A DNA stretch of 64,000 bases from assembly GCA_964580785.1 (NCBI GenBank), contig CAZOKX010000003.1, positions 2,512-66,511 of the forward strand, written 5' to 3'. Below, piece after piece: positions 46,366 to 56,078 of the stretch. The stretch's first letter is position 1. Each line of letters opens with the position of its first letter. The translations under genes were made by a program, and so were the position numbers. Under the pieces are notes generated by a model, which did no database searches, was not told the origin of the DNA, and saw only the letters and a list, made by a program, of their open reading frames with translations. This stretch comes from an uncultured bacterium (lineage in GTDB: Bacteria; Chlamydiota; Chlamydiia; Chlamydiales; Rhabdochlamydiaceae).

Positions 46366-47799
46366 ATGGATCAATCTCCATTTATTGGTAGAGAAGCCGA
46401 AATGGATCGGCTTAAAGGGCTTTTAAAAAAGAAAAGCGCGAGCTTGATTGTAGTGCGTGGCCGTCGAAGAATTGGGAAAAGCAGACTTCTTGCTGAGTTT
46501 GGCAAGGAGATGAAAAGTCTTTTCTTTACTGGCACACCGCCAAGGCGTAAAACGACAGCGCAGTTTCAACGAGAGGAGTTTGCTCGTCAGCTTGCGAGAG
46601 CGGGAATGCCAGGTATTCAACCAGATGATTGGGGAAATATGTTTTGGCATCTTTCCAAGCATACCGGACGGGGGCGTGTTTTAATTGTTTTGGATGAAGT
46701 GTCCTGGATGGGAAGTAAAGACCCTGAGTTTTTAGGAAAATTAAAAAATTCATGGGACATGTATTTTAGCAAGAATCCCCAGCTAATCCTGATTTTATGT
46801 GGCTCGATCTCTTCATGGATTGAGGAAAATATTCTAAGCAGCACGGGTTTTGTCGGTAGGATCACGATTGATTTGGTTCTCGAAGAACTCCCATTGAATG
46901 TGTGCAACGCCTTTTGGCGGCCCAAAGAAAAAATGGTCTCCGCCTACGAGAAATTTAAGCTTCTTTCTATCACAGGGGGAGTTCCTCTCTATCTAGAGCA
47001 AATTAGACCAGATCTCCCAGCAGAGCAAAATATTCGGGATCTTTGTTTCACGAAAGGCGGTCTACTCGTCAGAGAATTTGAGGAAATATTTTCAGATATC
47101 TTTTCTCGCAGCAATGCAACCCATAAAGAGATCATTGGATGTTTGGCAGATGGGCCCAAAGAACTTGTACAAATTTGCAAGGAACTGGGCAAAAATCAAG
47201 GAGGAAGATATAGCAAACATCTCGAAGATCTCGTTAAAGCAGGCTTTGTACAAAGGGATTTCTCCTGGCATTTGAAAAGCGGAAAGGAGAGTAAGTTAAG
47301 CCGCTTTCGTCTAAGTGATAATTACCTAAGATTTTATCTAAAATATATCGCTCCAAATCATTCCAAGATCAACAGAGGTGGTTTCTCAAATTTAATGCTC
47401 ACGAACCTCCCAGGGTGGGATGGTGTTATGGGATTACAATTCGAGAATCTGGTCTCCCATAACCGAAAAATTCTTTGGAAGATGATAGGAATCCCTCCTG
47501 AAGAAATCGTAATGGACGGGCCATTTTTCCAGAATGCGGCTGCGAGGCAGCCTGGGTGTCAAATCGATTACATGGTTCAAATGCGATTTAATACCCTGTA
47601 TATTTGCGAAGTAAAATTTTCTAAAAACCCTATAGGTCCGCGAGTGATTGAAGAGATGAAAGAGAAAACAACGCGTCTGAAAGTCCCTAAACGATTTTCA
47701 ATCAGACCCGTGCTGATCCATGTAAATGGAGTAGAAAATTCCGTTTTAGATGAAGGGTACTTTGATAAGGTCATCGATTTTGGTCAGCTTTTGATATAA
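46366..47799 (+). CDS. AAA/STAND-like ATPase (archaeal-ATPase type) with DUF234-like C-terminal domain
   Basis: The start is moved to MDQSPFIGRE at 46366 (GGAG 6 nt upstream); the track's first 55 codons translate the tandem repeats. FIGREAEMDRL…VVRGRRRIGKSRLL Walker A. VLIVLDEVSWM Walker B. Confidence 0.7.
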   Translation: MDQSPFIGREAEMDRLKGLLKKKSASLIVVRGRRRIGKSRLLAEFGKEMKSLFFTGTPPRRKTTAQFQREEFARQLARAGMPGIQPDDWGNMFWHLSKHTGRGRVLIVLDEVSWMGSKDPEFLGKLKNSWDMYFSKNPQLILILCGSISSWIEENILSSTGFVGRITIDLVLEELPLNVCNAFWRPKEKMVSAYEKFKLLSITGGVPLYLEQIRPDLPAEQNIRDLCFTKGGLLVREFEEIFSDIFSRSNATHKEIIGCLADGPKELVQICKELGKNQGGRYSKHLEDLVKAGFVQRDFSWHLKSGKESKLSRFRLSDNYLRFYLKYIAPNHSKINRGGFSNLMLTNLPGWDGVMGLQFENLVSHNRKILWKMIGIPPEEIVMDGPFFQNAAARQPGCQIDYMVQMRFNTLYICEVKFSKNPIGPRVIEEMKEKTTRLKVPKRFSIRPVLIHVNGVENSVLDEGYFDKVIDFGQLLI

Positions 47800-47800
47800 C

Positions 47801-48316
47801 TCACTCTTTTACAAGCTTATTGTCATTAAAGCTAAACGCAATCATCGCTATGGAAATAAGATTTATAACCAGGGCAATCGAGAACCCGTAAAAATTAGGG
47901 AGTTGTAGCAAGAAAGGAATGGCCAGCGCTCCGTATCGGCAAGCAAAAGCGTAGCGTATAACTGACTGAAAATCATTAATCCGCTCTGAATAAGCCGCTG
48001 CCGCAACAGGAAATACATTTCCAAAGACCCCATTGATTATAGAAGCAATACCCAGCAAAAGTGGGAACTGCTCTTTAGAACATAGAGGTTTTCCAATCAA
48101 CATCGTTAGCATGGATAAGAGTATGCAAGAAATCGTAAGGAGAAGAATTTTTTTCCTAGAACCTTTATCGGACATGTACCCTTGAAGAGGGGATCCTAGA
48201 GCAAATCCAATAAGAAATACAAACATAAGGAACTGCCATTTTTCTTGTTCGAGACAGCATTTAAGTAGGCACCCTCGGGAAAACCACTGACAGAAAATCG
48301 AATAGAGAAACAGCAT
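47801..48316 (-). pseudogene. Truncated MFS transporter (N-terminal half only)
   Basis: 171 aa. MFS motif A-like GYMSDKGSRKKILLL and a TetA-like AAAYSERIND. The ORF stops 2 nt from the end of the ATPase gene, and the C-terminal six helices are absent. Confidence 0.55.
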
Positions 48317-48426
48317 AATGACCTACTTAATTTATTTTTTTGAGCTTACCCATTTAACCACGAGAAATCAAGCAGAGACTCCCGTCAAAAAGTCTAAAGG
48401 TATGCTGCAAACAACTTCTCATGAGG

Positions 48427-48466
48427 ATTCATCCCGAAAATGACAATTGCTAATTTCGGGATGAAT
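48427..48466. terminator. Perfect 13-bp stem hairpin (ATTCATCCCGAAA / TTTCGGGATGAAT, 14-nt loop), T-run on the + strand
   Basis: Read directly. Lies between the stop of ORF 48517-48942 and the MFS remnant's start. Confidence 0.45.
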
Positions 48467-48516
48467 TTTTGCCTTCAATTTTGGATCCCCAAAATGGCAT
48501 TTGCTGATTTACGGAC

Positions 48517-48942
48517 TTAAAGCACCTTAAATTTATAGAAAAAGCATTCGGGATTTTGACAAACACCATTCCCGTCTGTCTTAACGTCACAATTAGGGCA
48601 AGGACCTTTTGTTTTTTCCTTCTTTGCTGCCGCTAACTCTATACCATGACTAAAACTTCCCTCTATAAAGTGGCCATTCCTATTAAATTGTAAGAGGGGA
48701 AGAGGAGAAAATTCGGATCCATTCAAATTAATAAAAAGGCCTTGATGCGTAGGAACAATATTTTCTGGACGAATGAAAATCTTATCTCCGTCAAAAGCAG
48801 ACACGCAGTATCCATGATTTTCAACGATTTTGTGGATTAAATGGTGCTCTGTTGTTTCAATTGGAACCATCTCCGCGTGCAAGGAACCAATCGCTCCTAA
48901 AAAGGCTGAGATCATCAAACTGAAAAGTTTTCTCTTGATCAT
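48517..48942 (-). CDS. Secreted hypothetical protein
   Basis: 141 aa. Signal peptide MIKRKLFSLMISAFLGAIGSLHA. C-terminal Cys cluster CPNCDVKTDGNGVCQNPEC. Confidence 0.55.
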   Translation of the reverse strand: MIKRKLFSLMISAFLGAIGSLHAEMVPIETTEHHLIHKIVENHGYCVSAFDGDKIFIRPENIVPTHQGLFINLNGSEFSPLPLLQFNRNGHFIEGSFSHGIELAAAKKEKTKGPCPNCDVKTDGNGVCQNPECFFYKFKVL

Positions 48943-49108
48943 ATTGAACTCCAGTTAGGGTAAGTGTAGGTGACTTTTGCAAGTCAAATAAATTTTCTAG
49001 CACCAGCTGATTTAAGGCAAGCGTTCATAGAAGAGTTCGAGTAAATTATCTTGTTTGAAACCATGGGCGCTTCTACACTTGATTTCCCATACGTTTAGGT
49101 AAGAGATT

Positions 49109-50134
49109 ATGCAGCGCAAGAGAACCAGTCTGATTTATGTCTTGATGATATTTTTGATGCTTTTTACTGCCTGTTCTTCGCCATATCCAGAGCAATCCAA
49201 AAAGTTCGAACTTACGGCTGAAGAACACATTTGGCTAGAGAAATTTTTCCGCTATTTCATGCTACATGAAACGACGATCTATACGCTTGCAGGTTCAAAG
49301 CCTTTAACTAGAATGATTCTTTGCTATGAAGATACGCCGGAAGAGCAGCTCAGAGAAGAGAAACGAGAAGAGTATCTTTATTTCTTATTGAATAGAAGTA
49401 ACGAAAAGGACATGCAGTTCTATGAAAAACTTTCACCTCTAGAAAAAGAAGAAAAAGCACTACTTATCGATGACAAAGACTTCATTTATAATATTGAAGA
49501 ACTATGGGAAAAATGGGAAAAGATACAACACCGCTTTCCCATTAAGAAGCGGTTTCTCCTGTTAAAAAAAGAGCGACCTAAAGAGGATTCAAAAGAGACG
49601 GCTATATACTACGATGTTCTATTTGTCGATGTGCTAAAAACAGCTCTCGTTATTCAGGAGAATTATGAGCTATTTAGGAAGACTGTAGGATATGATTTCG
49701 ACCCGCTTGAAGTTGTATTTGAACTAGAAAACAAGCACTCTAATTTTTGGGAGAAGCTTCGAGGAAAAGAGGGATGGAGATACGCTACCCTATGGGGAAT
49801 TCTATACGGTTTTGGTAGAGAAAATGCTTTTGTCTACACTTGGAAAGGCAGAAATACAAAAGAGCCCCACCGAACTCAACAAGAAAAGCTTTGGGCAGCA
49901 AGCCTTCCATCATGGAGTAGCTGTAAGAACAGACCTTCTTGTGATGATAAAGGCGCTTTTACTCTCTCAAATTTTACCATCCCAGTATTTAAGTCTTTCA
50001 TTGAGAACGACCCTGTCGTTGCTAAGTATGAAGCAGAAAGAGAAAATATCAAGCAGCTCTATAAGGGAAAGGATTTTGTTGCTTATACCTTAGAGCTGCT
50101 CACAGAGCTGCCAGATGCGGAGAAAGAAAAATAA
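49109..50134 (+). CDS. Hypothetical lipoprotein
   Basis: 341 aa. Lipobox LFTACSS. Glu/Lys-rich. No family recognised. Confidence 0.55.
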   Translation: MQRKRTSLIYVLMIFLMLFTACSSPYPEQSKKFELTAEEHIWLEKFFRYFMLHETTIYTLAGSKPLTRMILCYEDTPEEQLREEKREEYLYFLLNRSNEKDMQFYEKLSPLEKEEKALLIDDKDFIYNIEELWEKWEKIQHRFPIKKRFLLLKKERPKEDSKETAIYYDVLFVDVLKTALVIQENYELFRKTVGYDFDPLEVVFELENKHSNFWEKLRGKEGWRYATLWGILYGFGRENAFVYTWKGRNTKEPHRTQQEKLWAASLPSWSSCKNRPSCDDKGAFTLSNFTIPVFKSFIENDPVVAKYEAERENIKQLYKGKDFVAYTLELLTELPDAEKEK

Positions 50135-50706
50135 TGAAAAATGAACAAGTGCCTCCAGTAAAAGTTGAGAAATTCCATCTGGGAATCTATGTGATTATCA
50201 CTAAAGGAGACAGTGTTCTGCTCGTAAAAAAATCACGAGGCCCCTATCGAGGTAAATGGGATTTGCCTGGAGGCTCTCCTCTGCATGGAGAATCGATCTT
50301 ACAGACCCTTCATAGGGAAGTGTTTGAGGAGACTGGAGTGCGTCTTGATTGTGTAGATCATCACAAAAATATAGCTTTCACTGTTGAATACAAAGAGGGC
50401 GGCAAGAGAATTTCTCTTCATCATATATGTCTCGTCTATATGGCAAGAGACTCCTTCGATACCTCTGGGTTTATAGAAAAGGTGGAAAAGGAAGACGTTA
50501 GTGAATGCGCCTGGATCAAAAGATCTCAGCTATTGGGAAAGTTTCCGACTTCAAAAGTTTTTCGCTATAGCTATGGAGGGGAGACCCCTCTTAATGAAAA
50601 TAGGGAAAAATCTCATAAGAAAGTCAAAAACAGACAGAAAAACGGGCCAAATGGCTTTTACACCTTTGGGAGATTAGAGAAGACAAAAGGCACTAAAAAA
50701 GAGTGA
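50134..50706 (+). CDS. Nudix hydrolase with basic C-terminal tail
   Basis: 190 aa. Nudix box GGSPLHGESILQTLHREVFEETGV. The ATG overlaps the upstream stop. Confidence 0.8.
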   Translation: MKNEQVPPVKVEKFHLGIYVIITKGDSVLLVKKSRGPYRGKWDLPGGSPLHGESILQTLHREVFEETGVRLDCVDHHKNIAFTVEYKEGGKRISLHHICLVYMARDSFDTSGFIEKVEKEDVSECAWIKRSQLLGKFPTSKVFRYSYGGETPLNENREKSHKKVKNRQKNGPNGFYTFGRLEKTKGTKKE

Positions 50707-50770
50707 TCTTTCTCTTGGCATCTCAGTAAAAAAGTTGAGGATTTAAAAGAAATTCAGTAAATTGACCTCT

Positions 50771-51325
50771 ATGAACATTCGACAGAGCTATCAGTCTTTA
50801 GTGGATAAGTATAAGGGTGGTAACCAGATCATCAGAAAGATGGGGTTGTACGGCTTATTTATTCAGATTGGTGCCATTGGTGCTATCAATGCCTGGAAGC
50901 CTCTGCAGATAGGTTATTATCATATTGCAGTGCCAGCTCTCTTTACTGTCTCTGTTTATTATCTTGTTAAAGATTTTTTTGTTTTACGCCGCATTGAAGA
51001 GAATATGGGGCGGATGATTTTAGAAGGAATAGATCACGAGACCAAAAACCCTGCTCTTGGAAATTTTTTTCATAGAGTGCTCCAATCCTTCAACTTTTCA
51101 CGCACCCTTATACAAAGGTCTCTGGTTAATGTTTTGTCCCTAGGATGTTTAGGGTATTTGATGCTTCAGTTTGTTAGGGAAATGAATCCGGATGTTGCCA
51201 TTAGCCAGTGGTTTCTCGGTTTGTTCACTTGGATACCTGGTGTTATAGCCACAAAACTGTACTATGATTCTCTCAAAGATCTTGACGAGGCAAAAGAAAG
51301 AGTTTTTGCCAAACAATCTTCCTAA
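50771..51325 (+). CDS. Hypothetical membrane protein
   Basis: The track start at 50762 is TTG; the first ATG (MNIRQSY) is at 50771. About 4 hydrophobic helices. Confidence 0.5.
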   Translation: MNIRQSYQSLVDKYKGGNQIIRKMGLYGLFIQIGAIGAINAWKPLQIGYYHIAVPALFTVSVYYLVKDFFVLRRIEENMGRMILEGIDHETKNPALGNFFHRVLQSFNFSRTLIQRSLVNVLSLGCLGYLMLQFVREMNPDVAISQWFLGLFTWIPGVIATKLYYDSLKDLDEAKERVFAKQSS

Positions 51326-52311
51326 GAAACAAGCTGAACTTTTTCTGTTGCATTACTCTCTTGGGACGTCTTGTCATAGGCGCAAACCATGGCAGCGCTA
51401 GAATGCCCCGTCACTTTCATGATATCGGTGTCCTGGAAACCTTGTTGTTTCAAATAGGTCACTGTCGAAGCTCTGAGCACATGAGGCGTTACCTTGAAGG
51501 GAATGCCGGCAGCTTTTCCAGCCTTTTCAAACATTTGGGCAAGCCTTGTCATCATAACAGGTTTTCCTGACCGAGTGATAAAAACAAACCCAGTTCTTTC
51601 TCCGAGATAGCATTTGAGCTTATCCATGACGCTCTGTGGGTAAGTGATAACAGTAGCCTTTCTCGTCCCTTTAGTCTTGGATTGCTCAAAGATGATTTTT
51701 CTTCGTTCCCAGTCGATATTTTGAGTTTGAAGAATTAAAACTTCGTTAGCCCGCTTTCCACCTTGAAGGATCAACTTTGCAATCAAGCATTCTCTCGGAC
51801 TGATCTCTTCCAGAGCGTCTAAGAATAAAACCCATTGAGATTGGCTCATTGCCGCTGTTTTGACCTTATCGTAGACCTTAAAAAAGGTTTTCGCGTGTCC
51901 CTCTCTATTAGCAATGGCTCTACTAATGATTCCTTTCGATCGCCTATGGAGAAATTTTGTAAAAGAGATATAGCAGGCAGCGCGAGATTGCCGACTGCAT
52001 TCAGTCCAAGTTGAGACTAACTTGATTTGATCGATGATGGCTTCATGATTGACCAAGGAAAAACCTTGTAAATTGAGAAGGGGAGAGAGCAGCCCTATTT
52101 CAGCAAGCTTGCGTAGTCCAGATTGGTAATTAATGCGTGTTCGAGGAGTTAGGGTTGAAAGCCACAGCTCAGCGGCTTCTTGAACGGTGACCTTTTCTAA
52201 TTGCTGCCATATTGCATTTGATTGAGTGTTCCTTGCCTCTTCAAAGCTGTTAGCGCTTGGAAGTTCTAAGCCACTTGTATTTATTATCGTCAAAGACATG
52301 TTCTTCTCCAT
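51322..52311 (-). CDS. Tyrosine recombinase resembling the chlamydial plasmid integrases Pgp7/Pgp8
   Basis: 329 aa. …[11 protein letters not shown]…[12 protein letters not shown]…[56 protein letters not shown] closely parallels my recollection of pGP8-D (…[51 protein letters not shown]). Confidence 0.8.
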   Translation of the reverse strand: [329 protein letters not shown]

Positions 52312-52344
52312 TTAATGTTTATAAATAGCATTATAAACATTAAA
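52311..52344. promoter_or_regulatory. Perfect 14-bp-arm palindrome abutting the integrase start codon (candidate operator or recombination core)
   Basis: TTTAATGTTTATAA-ATAGCA-TTATAAACATTAAA, read directly. Confidence 0.5.
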
Positions 52345-52442
52345 AATGCATCAAAAAAAATCAAGCTATCTACTTGGAGACTAGGATCTGAAAGATCTTA
52401 GGAACATTTAGATTTATGTGGATAAGAGAATCTTAGAATTCA

Positions 52443-52763
52443 GTGGCTATTAAAACTATTGACGCCTTATATTCCTTGTTGCTACAGATACAAAAAACCC
52501 AAGGAAATCAAATGACTCAAGCGCCCATACAACAAATCCAAGCTAGCGATGAAGAGACAATCAACACAGTTGAACCAATCGCAAAGTCTAATAAAAAAGT
52601 TAAATTTTCAGCCTATTTGACTGAAGAAGCAGAAAAGGCGTTAGCAGAACTCTATACCACACGTTACATGAAGGACAGGAAGACGGATCGCTCAGCGATT
52701 GTCAGCGAAGCCATTCTGGATTTTTATCAGAGAGAAAGCCCTACAGAACAGCAAAATATGTAA
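52443..52763 (+). CDS. Ribbon-helix-helix DNA-binding protein divergent from the integrase
   Basis: 106 aa (GTG start; an alternative ATG lies at 52512). C-terminal KVKFSAYLTEEAEKALAELYTTRYMKDRKTDRSAIVSEAILDFY is RHH-like. A hairpin plus T-run follows the stop. Confidence 0.5.
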   Translation: MAIKTIDALYSLLLQIQKTQGNQMTQAPIQQIQASDEETINTVEPIAKSNKKVKFSAYLTEEAEKALAELYTTRYMKDRKTDRSAIVSEAILDFYQRESPTEQQNM

Positions 52764-52814
52764 CGGAAACACCCAGTCGGTCCATTTGGGTTTTTGTATT
52801 ACATACTGCCTTTC

Positions 52815-54164
52815 CTAAAGCGTCATCATCGCATTCAGATCATAAGTCGCATCAGTCAGCATCAAGAATGCACCACTTAGAGCATCGACGATATCATCAT
52901 GGCTGCCCTCAGGGAAATTCTCCAGCTCTCGTAGAAGGTCCTCATTCCATGGAGCTTGCAAAAGCTTAATATTCCCAGCTTCTGCCTGAGATGAGACGGG
53001 GAGAGATCTGGTAACCTTGTCCTGAGTTGCTTTGACAGTTTTTATGTTATAGCCTTGAAGCATTCGAACCAAATAGTCAGCTTCACTTACCCCAGCTTGC
53101 CCAGGATCTTGCTCAATTCCAATCCTTACAGAAACTCCATCTTGAGAGGCAGTATTTTTAATAGCACTTTGAACGCCCAGTGGGGTTTGCTGAATCCTCA
53201 CCATATCGGTGACATATAAGATGTTGTTTTTGTCTTTCTCCAGCCTAAGCCCAACGGTATAGTCGGGATCGTTATTCTCTGTTTTTTTGGTAGCTGCACG
53301 ATCCCAATAACGCACGGCCTTTGTTCCTCCCTTTGGGATGGCTTTAACAATTTCAAAAAAGCTACGCTGGAAAAACATCCCAGCCGTGGGTCTGACGTTC
53401 CAATTTCCCATGAGAAGTTGCTCTCTTTCAAACCGCGGCAAAGCTTTAAGATTGGCTAGGTAGCCAGGGTCTTTTTCGAGCAAGATTTTGTTATCGTGCA
53501 CAGTTGATGCTATAAATGAAACGCTCTTAGGCAGGCAATGCGGGTCCTTTTCGATTAGTTCTTGTCGACTTGACCCCCAAATGGTTTGATCATTTTGGAT
53601 GAAAAACCAGCGAATTTTTCCGCTTCGAGAAGGGATTGGATAGCCGGTGCTTTCATCAATCCACCAGGAGATAAAATGCCGAACCCACGAGTCAGGATCG
53701 GGATTTGTAGTAGCTCGAATATAAGGCTTTATGCCGCAAGTTGATCTATTTCTTGAGAGCATATAGACGAACTGGGTCCATGAAAAATGAGTTAATTCAT
53801 CGAATCCAATCAAAACCAGTTGTGAACCTTGCCAGTCAAAGCGTGTCTTGTCATGTTCTAGGTGAGCAAATTTCACTCGACCTTTCCCTTGAAAGTCCCA
53901 CTCAAGCGTTGACTCTTTTGGAACGCCTCCAGCATGGGGAAAAATCTCGCAACTCGTATCCCATAGTCCTCCTGGATTTCTTACCTGTGTGCTATTTTTG
54001 CGAAAGATAACCGCAGAGAACCCAGGGATATTGCGACGGCGTAGACACTCTATTAAAAGAGCCCAACTTTTCCCTCCGCCTGCGGCTCCTCCGTAGATCA
54101 CTATGTCAGCCCTGTTTAACAAAAAAGCTTCTTGAGGACCTTTTTGAGGGACAATTTCAGACAT
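52815..54164 (-). CDS. terL: Terminase large subunit
   Basis: 449 aa. Walker A VIYGGAAGGGKSWAL, Walker B-like LIGFDELTHF. C-terminal nuclease-like region with …GSHDDIVDALSGAF. Confidence 0.85.
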   Translation of the reverse strand: MSEIVPQKGPQEAFLLNRADIVIYGGAAGGGKSWALLIECLRRRNIPGFSAVIFRKNSTQVRNPGGLWDTSCEIFPHAGGVPKESTLEWDFQGKGRVKFAHLEHDKTRFDWQGSQLVLIGFDELTHFSWTQFVYMLSRNRSTCGIKPYIRATTNPDPDSWVRHFISWWIDESTGYPIPSRSGKIRWFFIQNDQTIWGSSRQELIEKDPHCLPKSVSFIASTVHDNKILLEKDPGYLANLKALPRFEREQLLMGNWNVRPTAGMFFQRSFFEIVKAIPKGGTKAVRYWDRAATKKTENNDPDYTVGLRLEKDKNNILYVTDMVRIQQTPLGVQSAIKNTASQDGVSVRIGIEQDPGQAGVSEADYLVRMLQGYNIKTVKATQDKVTRSLPVSSQAEAGNIKLLQAPWNEDLLRELENFPEGSHDDIVDALSGAFLMLTDATYDLNAMMTL

Positions 54165-54645
54165 TTGGATCCTCCACTTTTTCTTCTATGAGATCATCCC
54201 GTCCATTATCAGGAATGTAGATCTTAACAGGGTCTTCTTCTTGAACAATTGTTTTTGTAACGATAGTCTCTCTTTGACCGAGCCATATTTTGCCCAGCCA
54301 GATGGCCATCGTGGCACTTCGCTGAGCTTGCTGAAATTGATAGCGGCGAAGGGACAGTTTATGCAGTCCATTACACCTTTTTCTTAACTCCGCAAAACCC
54401 ATACCAAAAGCCTCCCTTAATCGGCGGTCTAAAGTGTCTGTGCTGACCCTAAAAGCGCCTGCTACTTCTTCAGCCGTTGCCTGAAGTTCTATCCAATACA
54501 GCACTTGGTCGAGATTGATTTCTTTCTCAGGGACCGTTCCTTTCCATTCTGAAGGGGGAGCATTTGGATCTATAGGAGCCTTTGTTTTAATCTTCGGCCT
54601 CCCGCTGGGCCGTCCTGTAGGTTTTCTAGGCATAAGCTTTCCCAT
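54157..54645 (-). CDS. terS: Terminase small subunit (HTH)
   Basis: 162 aa. Overlaps the terL start by 8 nt. …AEEVAGAFRVSTDTLDRRLRE… HTH and ATMAIWLGKIWLGQRE motif. Confidence 0.65.
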   Translation of the reverse strand: MGKLMPRKPTGRPSGRPKIKTKAPIDPNAPPSEWKGTVPEKEINLDQVLYWIELQATAEEVAGAFRVSTDTLDRRLREAFGMGFAELRKRCNGLHKLSLRRYQFQQAQRSATMAIWLGKIWLGQRETIVTKTIVQEEDPVKIYIPDNGRDDLIEEKVEDPNV

Positions 54646-55930
54646 TCAATTTAATTTCACAGGGCTCGTTTCGTTGAAGCTTGTATTTTCTATACCGATC
54701 GACAATCACATCGCAGTACTTCGGGTCTAGCTCACATCCATAGCAGCGGCGATTCAGTTGCTCCGCGGCGATCAAGGTCGTACCTGAACCAAGGAAAAAG
54801 TCGAAGACAAGCTCGCCTTTTTTAGAGTTGTTATTAATCAGATAGCCGATTAATGGGATCGGCTTCATCGTGGGATGCTCTTTATTTCTTTGAGGGCGAT
54901 CAAACTTAAGAAGGGTGGTTTGCTTGCGATTGTTATACCAACGGTGTTTTTCCCCCTCTTTCCAACCATAGAGCACAGGGTCGTGATCGCTGTATTCTTT
55001 ACCTCCGAAAAGTATGGGCTCGTGTTGCCATTGGTAGTCTTGCCGACCAAGGACAAAGGAGTTTTTCAACCAGATAAGGCATTGAGCCATTTTTAGGTTT
55101 GCTTCTCTAAAAAATCTTCGAAATTTCTCCCCTTCGGAATCAGCATGAAATACATAGATCGCTGCGCCTTCTTTCATGAATACAAAAGCATTCAAATAAA
55201 ATTCCTTTAAAAGGGTTTCAAACTCCTCATCTGAAAGGTCATCGTTTTTGATGGTCAACTGGTCTGGCGTACCGCCTTTATAAGCTACATTGTAAGGGGG
55301 ATCTGTGATGACAAGATCAATAAGCTCTGATTCCAGCACTTTTTCAACATCTTCGAAAACCGTTGCAGACCCACAGATAAGTCTGTGTTTTCCAAGCTCA
55401 TAAATATCTCCGCGTTTAGTTTTTGGTGCTTCAGGCAGGACCTCTTCATATCCATCGTCGATAGCCTCAATTCTTTCAATATCTTCGATTTGGAGCTCAT
55501 CTTCAGTGAATCCCCAATTGAATAGGTCGGCTGTCTCCCATTCATTGGCCAGCCGTTCCCAATCCCATTCTCCTGTATTCTTATTGCTGCGGATGAGATA
55601 TTCTTCTGCCTCTTTTGGGGTCAACTGCCGGTTGGGGACGCGGACCTCAATCTCTTCTTTTCCACGGCCAAGAGCTTTTAATGCTCGGATCCTCATATGG
55701 CCGGCGAGAATGGTATTGTCTAGATTGACGACAATGGTCTCTACATAGTTAAAATTCTCAAGCGATTGCTTAAGCTTTTCCAGCTGATCTTTGGTAATTT
55801 TGCGAGGATTTTTCTCGTGCTCTTTCAAATCTTTGATTTTTCTGATTTCGGTATGCCATACGAGTGCCTCTAAGGGAACATCACCATCTGCTTTCTTGAC
55901 CTCTACTTTTTTAGCTTTATCCTTTTCCAT
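54626..55930 (-). CDS. ParB-like nuclease domain fused to N6/N4 DNA methyltransferase
   Basis: 434 aa. ParB-N-like ILAGHMRIRALKALG. Methyltransferase motif IV VITDPPYNV. C-terminal AdoMet-binding-like FDFFLGSGTT. Confidence 0.8.
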   Translation of the reverse strand: MEKDKAKKVEVKKADGDVPLEALVWHTEIRKIKDLKEHEKNPRKITKDQLEKLKQSLENFNYVETIVVNLDNTILAGHMRIRALKALGRGKEEIEVRVPNRQLTPKEAEEYLIRSNKNTGEWDWERLANEWETADLFNWGFTEDELQIEDIERIEAIDDGYEEVLPEAPKTKRGDIYELGKHRLICGSATVFEDVEKVLESELIDLVITDPPYNVAYKGGTPDQLTIKNDDLSDEEFETLLKEFYLNAFVFMKEGAAIYVFHADSEGEKFRRFFREANLKMAQCLIWLKNSFVLGRQDYQWQHEPILFGGKEYSDHDPVLYGWKEGEKHRWYNNRKQTTLLKFDRPQRNKEHPTMKPIPLIGYLINNNSKKGELVFDFFLGSGTTLIAAEQLNRRCYGCELDPKYCDVIVDRYRKYKLQRNEPCEIKLNGKAYA

Positions 55931-56078
55931 TTCATCTTCCTGTTTAATTTGTCATACAAAAGCCTTTGCAGCCAATTTTTCCAATTCAATTTAGAAAACG
56001 GCCTGGCTTAGGATTTTAAAAGGGTTATTGAGGAAGGGGAGTAGTTAGGGTACTTGGGTAGAAGCCTGAGGGCTTAAT

